Positions 18,678 through 27,924 of a DNA stretch of 64,000 nucleotides are shown piece after piece. A program made the position numbers and the translations under genes. This DNA is from Balneolaceae bacterium (GTDB lineage: Bacteria > Bacteroidota > Rhodothermia > Balneolales > Balneolaceae): contig CBDETC010000002.1 in the NCBI GenBank assembly GCA_965242845.1, positions 297,038 to 361,037 on the forward strand. Direction: 5' to 3'. How positions within the stretch are numbered: the stretch's first letter is position 1; every line of letters starts with the position of its first letter. The notes below the pieces were generated by a model. That model was not told the DNA's origin, ran no database searches, and saw only the letters and a list, made by a program, of their open reading frames with translations.

Positions 18678-20104
18678 TGAGTAAATACGAATACATACCG
18701 GAACCCGCTCTTGTTAAGGGAAATCACGATTTTGCCAGTATTACCAAGCTGGTAACCGATGTAAACCTTCGGCCCACCCCAAAATTATGGTACCTATTCA
18801 TGCTTATGTCGAATGCTCTTCTTGGAGTATTCCTTTTCGCCGTTGGATACCTAATTTGGGAAGGAACCGGAATCTGGGGTCTGATGAACCCTGTTGGTTG
18901 GGGATGGGCGATTATCAACTTTGTATGGTGGGTTGGTATTGGTCACGCCGGAACCTTGATTTCAGCCATTCTATTCCTCTTTAGGCAGGATTGGCGTACC
19001 GCGATCAACCGTTTTGCTGAAGCAATGACCATTTTCGCGGTAATCTGTGCCTTGATGTTTCCAGGTATTCACGTAGGTCGAATTTGGGTTATTTACTGGG
19101 TATTCCCACTGCCGAATCAAATGGCAATGTGGCCAAATTTCAACTCTCCCCTTCTTTGGGACGTGTTTGCCGTTTCTACGTATTTCACAGTTTCTTTGCT
19201 TTTCTGGTATGTAGGTCTAGTTCCGGATTTTGCTACGCTGCGCGACAAAGCTACTGATAAAGTTCGACAGATAGCCTATGGTATCGCCTCATTAGGATGG
19301 ACCGGAAGTGGTCGAGCATGGTGGAATTACGAAAAAGCTTATATGATTTTAGCCGGTTTGGCTACTCCACTGGTACTTTCTGTACATACCATTGTATCCT
19401 TTGACTTCGCCGTTTCAATGATTCCGGGATGGCATACTACCATCTTCCCTCCTTATTTCGTTGCTGGTGCGATTTTCTCAGGTTTTGCCATGGTACTAAC
19501 CTTGATGCTTGTTGCCCGAAAGGTGTATGGCATGGAAGACATCATGACGGATGACCACATGGAGAAGATGAATATCATTATCCTGGTAACCGGTTCCATG
19601 GTAGGTTTTGCCTATATGATGGAGTTCTTCATTGCATGGTATAGCGGTGTGGAATATGAAAAAGCAATTTTCATGCTTCGAGCGACAGGGCCTTATGCCT
19701 GGGCATACTGGATTATGATGTTGTGTAATGTGATTTCTCCTCAGGTATTCTGGTCGAAGAAATTAAGACGTAATGTTAAGTTCACTTTCTTTATTTCCAT
19801 TGTAGTGAACATTGGTATGTGGTTTGAGCGATTTGTAATTACAGTGACTTCACTCGCTACCGACTATTTGCCTTCGTCGTGGGATTACTTCTCACCTACT
19901 ATTTGGGATGTACTTACTTATGTAGGAACCTTCGGAATTTTCTTCACTTTCTTCCTTGCATTCTTGCGCTTCCTGCCAATGATTGCGATTGCAGAAATTA
20001 AAGCGGTGATGCCACAGGCTGATCCTCATAATTATGACGAGGAAACCCAGGAGTATCATCCTCACGAAATTGAAGTTCCAACCCCTAAAGCTGAAACGGT
20101 ATAA
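18677..20104 (+). CDS. actC: ACIII subunit ActC (NrfD/PsrC-like quinol-interacting membrane subunit)
   Basis: 475-aa polytopic protein in the canonical position after actB. The ATG overlaps the actB stop (TAATG). Confidence 0.8.
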   Translation: MSKYEYIPEPALVKGNHDFASITKLVTDVNLRPTPKLWYLFMLMSNALLGVFLFAVGYLIWEGTGIWGLMNPVGWGWAIINFVWWVGIGHAGTLISAILFLFRQDWRTAINRFAEAMTIFAVICALMFPGIHVGRIWVIYWVFPLPNQMAMWPNFNSPLLWDVFAVSTYFTVSLLFWYVGLVPDFATLRDKATDKVRQIAYGIASLGWTGSGRAWWNYEKAYMILAGLATPLVLSVHTIVSFDFAVSMIPGWHTTIFPPYFVAGAIFSGFAMVLTLMLVARKVYGMEDIMTDDHMEKMNIIILVTGSMVGFAYMMEFFIAWYSGVEYEKAIFMLRATGPYAWAYWIMMLCNVISPQVFWSKKLRRNVKFTFFISIVVNIGMWFERFVITVTSLATDYLPSSWDYFSPTIWDVLTYVGTFGIFFTFFLAFLRFLPMIAIAEIKAVMPQADPHNYDEETQEYHPHEIEVPTPKAETV

Positions 20105-20109
20105 ATACT

Positions 20110-20655
20110 ATGAGTAAAGAGACCAATACTAAGCTTTACGGCATCCTGGCTGAATTCAAAAACCCAAAGGCGTTAATCGACGCTTCTAAAAAAGTGGTTG
20201 AAGCCGGATATGATAAATTTGATACCTACGCTCCTTTTCCTATCCATGGAATCGACAAGGCAATGAGCCTTAAGAAATCTAAACTTGGATGGATTGTACT
20301 TGGGCACGGTTTACTTGGCTTCAGTGGAGCTATACTTATGATGTACTGGATGTCAGCAATTGACTATCCAATTAACATTAGTGGTAAGCCATTTTTTAAT
20401 GCACCTGCATGGGTACCTGTTACTTTTGAATTAACGGTACTTCTCTCTGCTTTTGGTGCGGTGTTTGGAATGTTCTTCTTAAACGGACTTCCAAGACTAA
20501 ACAACCCTTTGTTTAATGTTGAGCGCTTCAAAAAGGCCACTGATGATGGTTTCTTTGTATGTATTGAAGCAAAAGACAGCAAATTCCAGGAAGATTTGGT
20601 TCGCCAGCTTTTTGAAGAAGCTGGAGCTACTCATATCGAGGAAGTGTATGACTAA
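20110..20655 (+). CDS. actD: ACIII subunit ActD (DUF3341)
   Basis: 181 aa with a soluble N-terminal domain (LYGILAEFKNP...YDKFDTYAPFPIHG) followed by two TM helices. Canonical position in the cluster. Confidence 0.75.
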   Translation: MSKETNTKLYGILAEFKNPKALIDASKKVVEAGYDKFDTYAPFPIHGIDKAMSLKKSKLGWIVLGHGLLGFSGAILMMYWMSAIDYPINISGKPFFNAPAWVPVTFELTVLLSAFGAVFGMFFLNGLPRLNNPLFNVERFKKATDDGFFVCIEAKDSKFQEDLVRQLFEEAGATHIEEVYD

Positions 20656-21679
20656 CAGTAACCACCGAATATCATTCATGCATTTAAAAAAGACATTATC
20701 CATTGTTGTGCTTGGTGCTGTGCTTGTGGGATGTAGAGGTACTATCTCTGAGAAATCAGCTATCCATCCTAACATGAACATGGATCAGCAACCCAGAAAA
20801 GAAGCGCAAGAAGAAAATGCGTTCTTTGAGGATGGTCGTTCAATGAGACCTCCTGTTGAAGGAACCGTTGCTCGTGGTTACCGAAAAGCTGACCTCGCTT
20901 ATTATGAAGGAGTAGACGAAAATGGTGATTGGATTGCTGAATCACCTGTAGAATTCACTAAATCCTTCCTTTATAGAGGAAAAGAGCGCTACGAAATTTA
21001 CTGTACCCCTTGCCACGGTATCGTTGGTGACGGACAGGGAATCATTATGACTGGCCAATACGGATACGTACCTGCTCCTACTTTCCATCAGGATAGATTA
21101 AGAGAAGCTCCGGATGGAGAACTTTATTCTGCTATCTATAATGGAGTAAGAAACATGCCTTCTTATGCTCATCAGGTTAAAGTTGAAGATAGATGGGCAA
21201 TCGTAGGATATATCCGAGCATTGCAAGCAAGTCAAAATGCGAGCGAAGAAGAACTCGCTGACTATGATATTGATATGGATGAATTACAAGCTGAGTTCAC
21301 TGCTGAGCAGGAACGGTTAGAAGCTCTCGCTGAAGCCCGAACTCCTCAAGATGTGGGAGAAGTTGTTGCTACTGCCGCCAGAGGGCAAGAATTAATTACT
21401 CAATATGCTTGTGCTGTTTGCCACTCAAACGATGGAAGCGCACTGGTAGGCCCATCTTGGTTAAATGTTTATGGCAGTGAAGGCCAGGTGGTAACAGAAG
21501 CAGGTGAAACGATTACTGTTGTTAAGGATGATGAGTATCTCATCGAATCGATTGTTAATCCATACGCAAAAATTGTGGACGGGTATGATCCTCTTATGGC
21601 TAATGCCTATGGTTCTCTTTCCGAAAGTGACCTGCAATCAATCGTGGAATACCTGAAAACCATCACGGACAATAACTAA
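20648..21679 (+). CDS. actE: ACIII subunit ActE, lipoprotein cytochrome c with an extra C-terminal class-I cytochrome c domain (two haem sites)
   Basis: Lipoprotein-like signal KKTLSIVVLGAVLVGC. CTPCH at 21002-21016 and CAVCH at 21410-21424. I chose the start at 20648 (ATG 8 nt inside the actD end); 20678 is an alternative. The track start at 20516 overlaps actD by 140 nt and was rejected. Confidence 0.75.
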   Translation: MTNSNHRISFMHLKKTLSIVVLGAVLVGCRGTISEKSAIHPNMNMDQQPRKEAQEENAFFEDGRSMRPPVEGTVARGYRKADLAYYEGVDENGDWIAESPVEFTKSFLYRGKERYEIYCTPCHGIVGDGQGIIMTGQYGYVPAPTFHQDRLREAPDGELYSAIYNGVRNMPSYAHQVKVEDRWAIVGYIRALQASQNASEEELADYDIDMDELQAEFTAEQERLEALAEARTPQDVGEVVATAARGQELITQYACAVCHSNDGSALVGPSWLNVYGSEGQVVTEAGETITVVKDDEYLIESIVNPYAKIVDGYDPLMANAYGSLSESDLQSIVEYLKTITDNN

Positions 21680-21705
21680 GAGATTTTTGCTTAAACACAT
21701 ACACA

Positions 21706-22920
21706 ATGAGTCATAAGCCTACAATAACAGATTCTTTACAATTCGCCCAAGACACCAAGCTTCCTAAGATTTTATTCGGAATTGGAATCACAGCTTTGGT
21801 ACTCAGCGCTATTGGCGGTTTTTTTAATGCTGAACAGTTTTTCTTCTCTTACCTGGTAAGTTTCACCTTTTTTACTGGAATTGCCCTGGCTTCTGTTTTC
21901 ATGGTAATGTTCCATCATATTACCAAGTCTAAATGGGGAGTAGTAGTAAGGAGAATTCCAGAAACATTTGGATCTAACCTAAAATGGTGGGCAATCGCTT
22001 TCTTACCAATTCTTGGTGGAATGTCTATTCTTTATCACCATTGGACTGACCCAACCCTCTTTGACCCTAATTCACCGAATTACGACTACATAGTTGCTGG
22101 AAAGGAAGCATATTTAAACACTCCTTTCTTCATTATTCGACAAGTTATCTACTTCGCCATCTGGGGATATGTAGGACACAAACTTTATAAAGCTTCCGTT
22201 GAGCTTGAAAAAACAGGTGATTGGGGAATCACCACATTGATGAGAAAAATCAGTGCCCCTGCTATTCCGTTATTTGGTTTATCTATAGCTTTTGCCAGTT
22301 TCGATTGGTTAATGTCTCTGGATCCACACTGGTTTTCCACTATGTTTGGTGTGTATTTCTTCGCCATTAGTTTCCAGAGCTTCTGGGCTATTATGATCTT
22401 GATGGTATTCTTCCTCCAGAGAAATGGATATTTAAAGAACACGATCGGTCAGGCTCATCTCTACGATCTTGGTGCATGGCTCTTTGCTTTCACTGTATTC
22501 TATGCATATATCGCATTCAGCCAATTCCTGTTGATCTATTATGCTAACCTTCCGGAAGAAACACTCTGGTTTTACCACAGAATGGAAGGTAGTTGGAAAT
22601 ACATCACTTACGGTCTTTTGCTTTTCCGTTTTGTGTTACCATTCCTTGTACTGTTGAACAGAGAACAAAAGCATAGAAGAGGAATTTTAAGATTCGTGGC
22701 TATTGTAGTGGTGGTAATGCACTTCCTTGAAATCTACTGGATTGCCATGCCTACACTTAATGAGCATGGAATTCATTTTAGCTGGATCGATATAACCACA
22801 TTCTTAGGCCTTGGCGGAATTTTCTTTGGACTATTCTTCCACAAATTCAAACAAAACAGCATGATTCCAGAGAATGACCCAAAACTGGACGAATGCCTTG
22901 AAAAAACGTATCACCATTAA
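21706..22920 (+). CDS. actF: ACIII subunit ActF (second NrfD-like membrane subunit)
   Basis: 404-aa polytopic protein in the canonical position after actE. Confidence 0.7.
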   Translation: MSHKPTITDSLQFAQDTKLPKILFGIGITALVLSAIGGFFNAEQFFFSYLVSFTFFTGIALASVFMVMFHHITKSKWGVVVRRIPETFGSNLKWWAIAFLPILGGMSILYHHWTDPTLFDPNSPNYDYIVAGKEAYLNTPFFIIRQVIYFAIWGYVGHKLYKASVELEKTGDWGITTLMRKISAPAIPLFGLSIAFASFDWLMSLDPHWFSTMFGVYFFAISFQSFWAIMILMVFFLQRNGYLKNTIGQAHLYDLGAWLFAFTVFYAYIAFSQFLLIYYANLPEETLWFYHRMEGSWKYITYGLLLFRFVLPFLVLLNREQKHRRGILRFVAIVVVVMHFLEIYWIAMPTLNEHGIHFSWIDITTFLGLGGIFFGLFFHKFKQNSMIPENDPKLDECLEKTYHH

Positions 22921-22933
22921 TTTTTGATCGATT

Positions 22934-23317
22934 ATGTCGAATCACATTGAAGATTCAAAGACGAAGATTTCTTTAACCTCTGGAGATGATGTTACTTTAG
23001 AGACTGTAGATAGTTCATTCGCGGGAGCAGTAAGTCATGGTGTGAATGACGATGCCATGGACTTTGGAAAGCTCTTCTTTTGGTCAGGATTAGGGATTGT
23101 TACTGTTATCGTTTTTGTTGTTGGATTAATCTTTTTCGCTCAATTCAGTTTCTTTAATGCACAAAAAACTGTTTCTGAAAACAGCTCTTACCTGGAAATC
23201 ACAGAAATGAGAGCAACTCAAAATGAGCAACTAAATTCTTTTGGCGTAGTTGACCTGGAAGATGGTGTATACCACATTCCTATCGATGAAGCCATCAATA
23301 ATATAGCTGTCGATTAA
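22934..23317 (+). CDS. small single-TM protein of unknown function inside the respiratory operon
   Basis: 127 aa with an acidic N-terminus, one TM (LFFWSGLGIVTVIVFVVGLIFFA) and a C-terminal soluble segment ending VYHIPIDEAINNI. Gaps to both neighbouring genes are 13 nt or less. Confidence 0.5.
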   Translation: MSNHIEDSKTKISLTSGDDVTLETVDSSFAGAVSHGVNDDAMDFGKLFFWSGLGIVTVIVFVVGLIFFAQFSFFNAQKTVSENSSYLEITEMRATQNEQLNSFGVVDLEDGVYHIPIDEAINNIAVD

Positions 23318-23323
23318 TTACTG

Positions 23324-24157
23324 ATGAGACGCATTGCACTGTTAGCATTTTATTTGCCTGCAGTGCTCATGATTCCTTTTCAAGCCGAAGCTCAACTTAA
23401 CAAAGAGCAGCCTGAAGCACTGCAAGGCGTTGGAGTAGATGAATACTTAGGAGAATACATTCCTTTAGATGCCAAATTCTCAAATTCATCAGGCGATAGT
23501 ATAACTATTGGCTCCCTCCTCTCTGATGGCAAACCCGTTATTCTAAATCCTCTTTATTACGAGTGCCCAATGCTATGCGGTCTGGTAATAGATGGTGTGT
23601 TAAATGTAGCAGATGATCTGGCATGGCAGGTTGGTAAGGATTACGACATCATCTCTTTTAGCATTGATCCTGAAGAAAATCATGAATTAGCAGCTAGTTA
23701 CAAAGAAAAATACCTTTCCAAACTAAATCAGCCACGCGCACAGGAAGGATGGTATTTTTTAACTGGAGAGAAAAAAGAAATTGATAAAATTATTGATGCC
23801 ATTGGCTTTAAGTACAATGAAGTGGAAGGAACCGGAGAGTTCGCACATAGCGCAGCAATTATAATGCTGAGCCCAGAAGGGAAAATCACTCGCTATCTAT
23901 ATGGTATCCAATACAATGAGTTTGATGTACGCAATGCACTGTATGAATCAGCCGATGGAAAGATCGGAAGTACCCTCGAGAAGGTGCTTATGTTTTGCTA
24001 TCAATTTGATCCAAATTCCAATAGTTATGTACCCGTAGCCATCAATATTATGAAGGTTGGCGGCTTGGCTACACTAATAATTCTTGGTATCTTTCTCAGC
24101 CTCTTTTGGCTTCGCGAAAGATCAAAAAAAGTAACCACTAATATCGATTTCCAATAA
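23324..24157 (+). CDS. SCO (Sco1/SenC) family copper chaperone
   Basis: CPMLC (CxxxC) motif in a thioredoxin-like context, with a conserved His (FAHSAAIIMLSPEGK). Has an N-terminal signal peptide and an extra C-terminal TM helix. Confidence 0.8.
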   Translation: MRRIALLAFYLPAVLMIPFQAEAQLNKEQPEALQGVGVDEYLGEYIPLDAKFSNSSGDSITIGSLLSDGKPVILNPLYYECPMLCGLVIDGVLNVADDLAWQVGKDYDIISFSIDPEENHELAASYKEKYLSKLNQPRAQEGWYFLTGEKKEIDKIIDAIGFKYNEVEGTGEFAHSAAIIMLSPEGKITRYLYGIQYNEFDVRNALYESADGKIGSTLEKVLMFCYQFDPNSNSYVPVAINIMKVGGLATLIILGIFLSLFWLRERSKKVTTNIDFQ

Positions 24158-25098
24158 TGGGCAGACTATTCGATTTCATGCTCCCGGAAAACAAATCTCC
24201 GCTTACGGCAGATTCTACCGACGGGCTTTTTCACTTCATCAACGAAGTGAGTCTCATCTTCTTAATTGGTATAACAATTGCACTTGTTTACTTCGCCATT
24301 AAGTACAAAAGAAAATCAGAGGACGACAAAACTCCTGTAATCACGCACAACAACACACTTGAAATTACCTGGTCGGTAATCCCTCTTCTTATTGTGATGG
24401 TAGTCTTTGGATGGGGATACTCAGGATGGCTAAACCTAAAAGCTGTTCCTGATGATGCATACGAGATTCATGTGACAGGTTTTAAGTGGAACTGGAGTGT
24501 GAGCTATGAAAATGGAGCACAGACTTTAAATGAAATTCACGTCCCAAAAGGACGGCCCATTAAACTGGTTATGCAGTCGCGTGATGTCCTTCACTCCTTC
24601 TTCGTACCTGATTACAGGGTAAAGCACGATGTGGTTCCTGGACGATATACTTATGTGTGGTTCCAGGCTGAGGAATCTGGTGAGTCTGTAGTATTCTGTA
24701 CCGAGTATTGCGGAACCAGTCATTCCGATATGTTAGCTAAAGTAATTGTTCATGAGCCAGAAGATTTTGAAACCTGGTTAGAGCTAAATGGCGGTGGCAT
24801 TCAGGGAACACCGGTAGAACAAGGTCAGCAATTAGTTGAGCTACAGGGATGTCAAACCTGCCACTCTGTGGATGGTTCACCAATGATTGGTCCTTCATTC
24901 AAAGGTATTTGGGGCAGAACAGAGCAACTTGCAGATGGCAGTACTTACACTGTTGATGAGAATTATATCAGAGAATCTATTCTTTACCCTGGAGAGAAAG
25001 TCGTTGCTGGATATGACAATGTAATGACTCCTTATGAGGGCAGACTTAGCGACGATGAAATCACAAACATCATTGAATATTTAAAAACTCTTGAGTGA
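24157..25098 (+). CDS. ctaC: cytochrome c oxidase subunit II with fused C-terminal cytochrome c (caa3 type)
   Basis: CuA site HSFFVP...[14 protein letters not shown]-terminal CQTCH at 24850-24864. The ATG overlaps the sco stop (TAATG). Confidence 0.9.
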   Translation: MGRLFDFMLPENKSPLTADSTDGLFHFINEVSLIFLIGITIALVYFAIKYKRKSEDDKTPVITHNNTLEITWSVIPLLIVMVVFGWGYSGWLNLKAVPDDAYEIHVTGFKWNWSVSYENGAQTLNEIHVPKGRPIKLVMQSRDVLHSFFVPDYRVKHDVVPGRYTYVWFQAEESGESVVFCTEYCGTSHSDMLAKVIVHEPEDFETWLELNGGGIQGTPVEQGQQLVELQGCQTCHSVDGSPMIGPSFKGIWGRTEQLADGSTYTVDENYIRESILYPGEKVVAGYDNVMTPYEGRLSDDEITNIIEYLKTLE

Positions 25099-25099
25099 T

Positions 25100-26833
25100 A
25101 TGGCGGTAGCGGAAACTAAAAATATGACTACACTACAGGTAAAAAGGTTCATTCCTTCTGAGAATCCTACGAATACCTATCTAACAGATGAAAAGGGTGT
25201 CTGGGCATGGATGACTACCGTTGACCACAAGAAGATCGGGATCATGTATCTCGTATCTGTTGCAATCTTCTTTGCAGTAGCTGGTTTTTTAGCTATTGCA
25301 TTAAGAACTGAGCTTTGGACTCCAGCAAAGACTTTTATTGAAGCTGATACTTACAACCAGCTTTTCACCATCCATGGTGCATTAATGGTATTCTTTGTTT
25401 TGATTCCAAGTATTCCCGCAGCACTTGGGAACTTTGTATTGCCGATGCAATTAGGTGCAAAAGACGTAGCCTTTCCGAGATTAAACCTGGCTAGTTTCTA
25501 CATCTATGTGATTGGAGCGGTATTCACGTTCATCTCTCTTTTGAATAATGGCTTTGATACAGGCTGGACGTTTTACACACCTTACAGCTCTGATGCGAAC
25601 TCATTAGGAGTAATTTGGGTAACTCTTGGGGTATTCATCCTTGGTTTCTCTTCGATTCTGACGGGTACAAACTTCATTACCACCATACATAAGCTGAGAG
25701 CACCAGGTATTACCTGGAACCGGCTTCCATTGAATATTTGGGCATTATATGCTACTTCCATTATCCAGGTACTGGCAACTCCGGTACTTGCAATTACCAT
25801 CCTTCTTCTTTCAATGGAGAACATTTTGGATATCGGGATTTTTGATCCGGCCAAAGGTGGTGACCCAGTATTATACCAGCACTTCTTCTGGTTCTATTCC
25901 CACCCTGCTGTATATATCATGATTGTTCCGGGCTTTGGAATCATTTCTGAGGTTATCTCAACCTTCTCTAAGAAAACAGTATTCGGATATTGGGCGATTG
26001 CGCTTTCGTCTTTGGCCATTGCATTTATTGGTTTCCTTGTATGGGGACACCATATGTTCACTTCAGGACAATCTGCAGTAGCTACTACTGTATTTTCATT
26101 CCTAACCTTCCTGGTAGGTATCCCAACGGGTATCAAGATTTTTAACTGGATAGCGACCCTGTATAAAGGCTCGATCGATATGAAGACGCCGATGTTGTAT
26201 GTCTTCATTTTCTTGTTCTTATTTTCTATCGGTGGTTTTACCGGTATTATGCTTGGAGCACTTTCTGTAGACATCCACCTTCATGATACTTATTACGTGG
26301 TGGCTCACTTCCATTATGTGATGATGGGTGGAACCTTAATTGCTCTGTTAGCAGGCCTGCATTACTGGTGGCCAAAGATGACTGGTAAGATGTACAATGA
26401 AATGTGGGGTAAGATTGCAGCTGTATTAGTCTTTATTGGCTTTAATATGACCTTCCTTCCACAGTTTATTATGGGAGCACAAGGAATGCCAAGACGTTAT
26501 TACAACTATATTGATCAATTCCAGCCATTCCATCAGACCTCTACGATTGGATCTTATATACTTGGAGTAGCTTTCCTGATCATCTTGGTGTACCTACTTC
26601 ATTCTTTATTTGCAGGTAAGAAGGCCCCTTCAAACCCATGGAATAGCAGGGCATTGGAATGGCAATCAACTTCACCTCCAGATTTCCACAACTTCAGTCA
26701 TACTCCTGTTGTAATCAACGGGCCTTATGACTACCACAAGCCAATGGAAGAATTCCAGCTTGGACTAGCAGTTTCACACAACGGTCATGGGGAACACCAT
26801 GAGACGGAAACTCAAGAAACTGAAAAAGCTTAA
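25100..26833 (+). CDS. ctaD: cytochrome c oxidase subunit I (A2-type haem-copper oxidase)
   Basis: WGHHMFTSG and HFHYV histidine blocks across 12 TM helices. Helix VI reads [11 protein letters not shown] chose the ATG at 25100; the track ORF begins at a TTG at 25091 that overlaps the ctaC stop. Confidence 0.9.
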   Translation: MAVAETKNMTTLQVKRFIPSENPTNTYLTDEKGVWAWMTTVDHKKIGIMYLVSVAIFFAVAGFLAIALRTELWTPAKTFIEADTYNQLFTIHGALMVFFVLIPSIPAALGNFVLPMQLGAKDVAFPRLNLASFYIYVIGAVFTFISLLNNGFDTGWTFYTPYSSDANSLGVIWVTLGVFILGFSSILTGTNFITTIHKLRAPGITWNRLPLNIWALYATSIIQVLATPVLAITILLLSMENILDIGIFDPAKGGDPVLYQHFFWFYSHPAVYIMIVPGFGIISEVISTFSKKTVFGYWAIALSSLAIAFIGFLVWGHHMFTSGQSAVATTVFSFLTFLVGIPTGIKIFNWIATLYKGSIDMKTPMLYVFIFLFLFSIGGFTGIMLGALSVDIHLHDTYYVVAHFHYVMMGGTLIALLAGLHYWWPKMTGKMYNEMWGKIAAVLVFIGFNMTFLPQFIMGAQGMPRRYYNYIDQFQPFHQTSTIGSYILGVAFLIILVYLLHSLFAGKKAPSNPWNSRALEWQSTSPPDFHNFSHTPVVINGPYDYHKPMEEFQLGLAVSHNGHGEHHETETQETEKA

Positions 26834-26856
26834 TTAACCTTATACCTAAACACTAA

Positions 26857-27522
26857 ATGGCGAATCATTCAGCTTCCCAACCAGCTCATGTTCAGCATCA
26901 TTTTGTGGATTCAGATCAACAGTTTGAATCAGCAAAAATGGGGATGTGGGTCTTTTTGGTAAACGAAATCCTCTTTTTCGGCGGGCTATTCTGTGCTTAT
27001 ATCATATTCAGAGCATGGTATCCTGAACTTTTTACACAAGCAGCTCTAGAACTCAATAAACTTTGGGGAGGAGTAAACACCGTAGTTCTTATTGGTAGTT
27101 CTTTAACCGTAGCTATGGCTATTCGTTCTGCTCAAAAGAATCAAATACGTGGATTACGAATCAATCTTTTGATCACTATAGCGCTTGCATGTGTCTTTAT
27201 GGTCATCAAGTACTTCGAATATGAGCATAAATTACACTTAGGTATTGCTCCTGGTTCTTTCTGGAATCCTACTGCAGAAGTTTTGCATGAGCTTTCGCAT
27301 CCTAAGGCGAATATTTTCTTCGGCATCTACTATATGATGACCGGCATTCACGGTCTTCACGTATTAGTTGGTATCGGCTTAATGATTTGGTTGTATATCC
27401 GAGCTGGTAAAGGACACTTCAGTAGTGAGTACTACACACCTGTCGAGATTACCGGGCTGTACTGGCACCTGGTTGACTTGATCTGGATTTTCCTATTCCC
27501 ACTACTTTACTTAATTGAATGA
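26857..27522 (+). CDS. ctaE: cytochrome c oxidase subunit III
   Basis: 221 aa, 5-7 TM helices. Blocks GIYYMMTGIHGLHVLVG and TGLYWHLVDLIWIFLFPLLY are typical of subunit III. Confidence 0.85.
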   Translation: MANHSASQPAHVQHHFVDSDQQFESAKMGMWVFLVNEILFFGGLFCAYIIFRAWYPELFTQAALELNKLWGGVNTVVLIGSSLTVAMAIRSAQKNQIRGLRINLLITIALACVFMVIKYFEYEHKLHLGIAPGSFWNPTAEVLHELSHPKANIFFGIYYMMTGIHGLHVLVGIGLMIWLYIRAGKGHFSSEYYTPVEITGLYWHLVDLIWIFLFPLLYLIE

Positions 27523-27535
27523 GAGGTTTTTAGAA

Positions 27536-27850
27536 ATGAGCGAACACAATCACGAACACCACGTTTCTTCAGTGAAACAACTTTGGGCAGTAGGTACTGC
27601 ATTATTTATCCTAACTATATTGACGGTTGTAGTTTCCAATCTCGGGCTACCCGCTCCTTTTGATATTATCTCAGCACTAATCATTGCTTTTGGTAAAGCA
27701 TATTTAGTAGCTGCATTCTTTATGGGATTATATTGGGACAATAAGTTTAACACCCTCCTTCTTATTGGAGCTTTTGTATTCTTCATTATCATGGTAACCA
27801 TAACCATGCTGGATACTATGTTCCGAAACGATGTAGTCCCATCTTTCTAA
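27536..27850 (+). CDS. cytochrome c oxidase subunit IV (prokaryotic COX4 family)
   Basis: About 104 aa with three TM helices and a His-rich N-terminus, in the canonical position after subunit III. The ATG at 27536 is preferred over the in-frame TTG at 27515. Confidence 0.6.
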   Translation: MSEHNHEHHVSSVKQLWAVGTALFILTILTVVVSNLGLPAPFDIISALIIAFGKAYLVAAFFMGLYWDNKFNTLLLIGAFVFFIIMVTITMLDTMFRNDVVPSF

Positions 27851-27870
27851 TCGAAAGAACATTCATTTTA

Positions 27871-27905
27871 AAAGCCCTCTCGCTTTAGCGTGGGGGCTTT
27901 TTTTA
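27871..27905 (+). terminator. rho-independent terminator closing the act-sco-cta operon
   Basis: AAAGCCCTCTCGC-TTTA-GCGTGGGGGCTTT forms a 13-position stem (one mismatch, one G-U) followed by a T-run, 20 nt after the subunit IV stop. Confidence 0.8.
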
Positions 27906-27924
27906 TATTCAAACAAAAAAGCTT

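Noticed and set aside
20516-20647. The track ORF 20516-21679 implies a 44-aa N-terminal extension of ActE.
   Set aside because: The extension overlaps actD by 140 nt in another frame and precedes a perfectly good lipoprotein signal peptide. Starts at 20648 or 20678 fit the operon spacing.
25091-25099. TTG start for oxidase subunit I at 25091, and TTG start for subunit IV at 27515.
   Set aside because: In-frame ATG codons lie 9 nt and 21 nt downstream. These avoid overlap with the preceding gene and do not remove any conserved residues. The choice cannot be settled without N-terminal proteomics.
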